Program-made: the position numbers and the translations under genes
In this document: positions 62,002 to 64,000 of the stretch, piece after piece
Numbering within the stretch: the first letter of the stretch is position 1
How the letters are laid out: each line of letters opens with the position of its first letter
Assembly (NCBI GenBank): GCA_963675595.2
Contig: CAXXLZ010000001.1
Coordinates: 96,001 to 160,000 of the forward strand
Length of the DNA stretch: 64,000 nt
Direction of reading: 5' to 3'
From: Thermodesulfobacteriota bacterium
GTDB taxonomy: Bacteria; Desulfobacterota; Desulfarculia; JACQYL01
The notes under the pieces: model-generated
What the model was told of the DNA's origin: nothing
The model's database searches: none
What the model saw: the letters and a program-made list of their open reading frames with translations, nothing else

Positions 62002-62056
62002 CGAATTCCCCATCCTTTCACTCTGCGCGGTTGTTCTATGTTGTTCAAGAAAATTC

Positions 62057-62085
62057 TTGACACCTGCCATTCAATGCCTTATCAT
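62057..62085 (+). promoter_or_regulatory. Sigma-70 promoter flanked by inverted tandem heptamers
   Basis: TTGACA-17 nt-TATCAT; GTTGTTC-N3-GTTGTTC at 62030-62046 and GAACAAC-N3-GAACAAC at 62093-62109. Confidence 0.7.
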
Positions 62086-62131
62086 GCATTATGAACAACG
62101 ATGAACAACAACCGAAAAATAGGAGGATGTC

Positions 62132-64000
62132 ATGGGCACACCCAAATTCAAGGCTACCTTGAACCGAAGCAAGGGGCGAAGCAGTTGGTGCGTTATTTTC
62201 AGCCACCCGTTACGTCAGAAAAGCGATGGCAAACCAGGCCTTCGCGTTAGGCGGGGATTAGGCACAACAGATGATGCTGAGGCTCAGAAGCTGGTTGATC
62301 AGCTCGATGAAATTCTTTCCGATCAATCCATGTGGTCGCCTGGAGCTAAAGATGCCGCTGAAAGAAAATATGACAAAAGGATTGTGGACGCTTTCTACGA
62401 CCATTTGACTCCGGCACTACACGATTCAAAAAAGGTCAGAGATGATATCTTGCCTCTACCTGGAAAAGATGGTGGTTACTTCAAAATGCTTTTCCTTGGT
62501 ACCACTGGTGCAGGAAAAACAACAATCCTTCGTCAGCTTATCGGAACTGACCCAGAGAAGGAAAGGTTCCCTTCTATATCACCTTCGAGAACGACAATCT
62601 GCGACATTGAAATTATTACCTCACCGGATATTTACAGATCTGTAATCACCTTCTTTCCCAAGGAAAAGGTCCGCCACTATATTGAAGAATGCGTGATCGA
62701 TGCGATAATGGAGCACGCTGATTCTGAACCAACAGCGAAAGTAGCGAAGCGTCTCCTCGAACATAAGGACCACAGATTTCGGTTGAGCTACCTTCTTGGT
62801 TCTATGCAGCTTTTATCCCATGTTTCAAACGAAGAAGAACTGTCAGACGAAGATGATGAGCAAGAGGATGAGGAATTTGGCCAAATCCTTGTTTCAGAGG
62901 AAGACCGAAAGCAGCTCTCCGATAAGCTGAAAAGTTACATCGAACGCATCCAGCATTTATCCGATTCTTCAAAGGAGACTCTGATAGCTGACTTAGGCAT
63001 GTCAGAAGAGGAGGCCGTAAAAGAATGGGAGGACTTTCAGGAACTCCTTGAATATCAGTTGATTAACGACGAAGGTTTTCATGAAGTTGTTGATGAACTG
63101 ATCGATGATGTCGAGGCCAGATTCAAATATGTGGATAAAGGACGAATGGAGTTCGGTCAGGATGGATGGCCATCATATTGGATGTTTAATACCGAAAACC
63201 GCGAAGAATTTATTCCTATTGTGAATAGGTTTTCAAGCAACTATGCAAAAAATTTCGGGCGGCTGCTCACGCCTTTAGTTGATGGGATGCGAATATCAGG
63301 TCCTTTTAAGCCTGTTTGGTGGGATGGGCAGGACGAGCCAAGATATGTGCTTCTTGACGGCGAGGGCTTGGGCCACACATCCGAATCTGCGTCGAGTATC
63401 TCGACGGCGACTACGAAAAGATATGAAGATACAGACGTTATTTTGCTTGTTGATAATGCTGCGCAGCCGATGCAAGCTCCACCACTTGCCGTATTACGAA
63501 GCTTGGTATCAAGTGGCCACGAATCAAAGCTCATAACGTGCTTTACCCATTTCGACGAACTCAAAGGTGACAACCTTCCTGACACAACATCGAAAAAAGC
63601 TCATGTTCTTTACGCGATAGACGGAGCCATTGCCGGAGTTTCAAAAATATTGGGCCGTAATGCAGAAAGCGCGTTGAAAAAAGCCACATCTGACCGTGTA
63701 TTCTTCCTTTCAAACATCCAAAACCAACTGCCTGAAAAAGCTCGGCTGACTCGTTCTGAGTTTCTGAAACTTCTTAACAGTGCAGAACAGGTCGCTAATC
63801 CTAAATATGCGGATGAGGTTACTCCGGTCTATGACGTGGCCAATCTGGTCCTATGCATCCAAAAAGCCACGCAGGATTTTCACAATCCTTGGAGGGCGAG
63901 GCTTGGTCTCCAGTCACACACCGAGTATAGGAAGGAACACTGGGCACGGATCAAAGCCCTTTCGAGGAGGCTTGGCGTTCTCGGTGAAGACGAATACCAC
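62132..64000 (+). CDS. Large P-loop GTPase (dynamin-like) hypothetical protein, partial (>623 aa)
   Basis: Not in ORF track (no stop in window). AGGAGG RBS; LGTTGAGKTT (G1), SRTT (G2), LLDGEGLGH (G3), FTHFD (G4-like); lower GC than the core genes. Confidence 0.8.
   Translation, partial: MGTPKFKATLNRSKGRSSWCVIFSHPLRQKSDGKPGLRVRRGLGTTDDAEAQKLVDQLDEILSDQSMWSPGAKDAAERKYDKRIVDAFYDHLTPALHDSKKVRDDILPLPGKDGGYFKMLFLGTTGAGKTTILRQLIGTDPEKERFPSISPSRTTICDIEIITSPDIYRSVITFFPKEKVRHYIEECVIDAIMEHADSEPTAKVAKRLLEHKDHRFRLSYLLGSMQLLSHVSNEEELSDEDDEQEDEEFGQILVSEEDRKQLSDKLKSYIERIQHLSDSSKETLIADLGMSEEEAVKEWEDFQELLEYQLINDEGFHEVVDELIDDVEARFKYVDKGRMEFGQDGWPSYWMFNTENREEFIPIVNRFSSNYAKNFGRLLTPLVDGMRISGPFKPVWWDGQDEPRYVLLDGEGLGHTSESASSISTATTKRYEDTDVILLVDNAAQPMQAPPLAVLRSLVSSGHESKLITCFTHFDELKGDNLPDTTSKKAHVLYAIDGAIAGVSKILGRNAESALKKATSDRVFFLSNIQNQLPEKARLTRSEFLKLLNSAEQVANPKYADEVTPVYDVANLVLCIQKATQDFHNPWRARLGLQSHTEYRKEHWARIKALSRRLGVLGEDEYH

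Overview
About 60% GC chromosomal window from an anaerobic, selenocysteine-using bacterium, probably Desulfobacterota (inferred from selA, rnf, the cobA-hemD fusion, a VPLPA-CTERM protein and sigma-54 promoters). 1-24 kb is mostly housekeeping (Lhr, PrmA-like x2, gmhA/B, cysteine desulfurase, rnfCDGEA without rnfB, selA, hemC, cobA/hemD, folC) plus an IS110 element whose bridge-RNA guides, CT core and junction promoter can be read from the sequence. 24.7-32 kb is a low-GC island with an AIPR-cold-shock-domain gene broken by two IS insertions. 33.8-46.2 kb is the most unusual part, all on the minus strand: a PAS/sigma-54 activator, two CobW/G3E GTPases (one with an in-frame UGA at a conserved Cys and a SECIS-like hairpin, i.e. 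a selenoprotein split by the ORF track), an MtaA/UroD-type methyltransferase, a NorQ/NorD-type AAA+/VWA pair, and pylC-pylD coupled to a thiolase-like gene where pylB normally sits, with no pylB, pylS or pylT in the window. 53.3-62 kb is a TetR/methyltransferase/ABC transporter/MNT-HEPN cargo between 160-bp IS110-derived direct repeats, followed by a large partial P-loop GTPase. All family assignments are by motif recognition; no database search was run.
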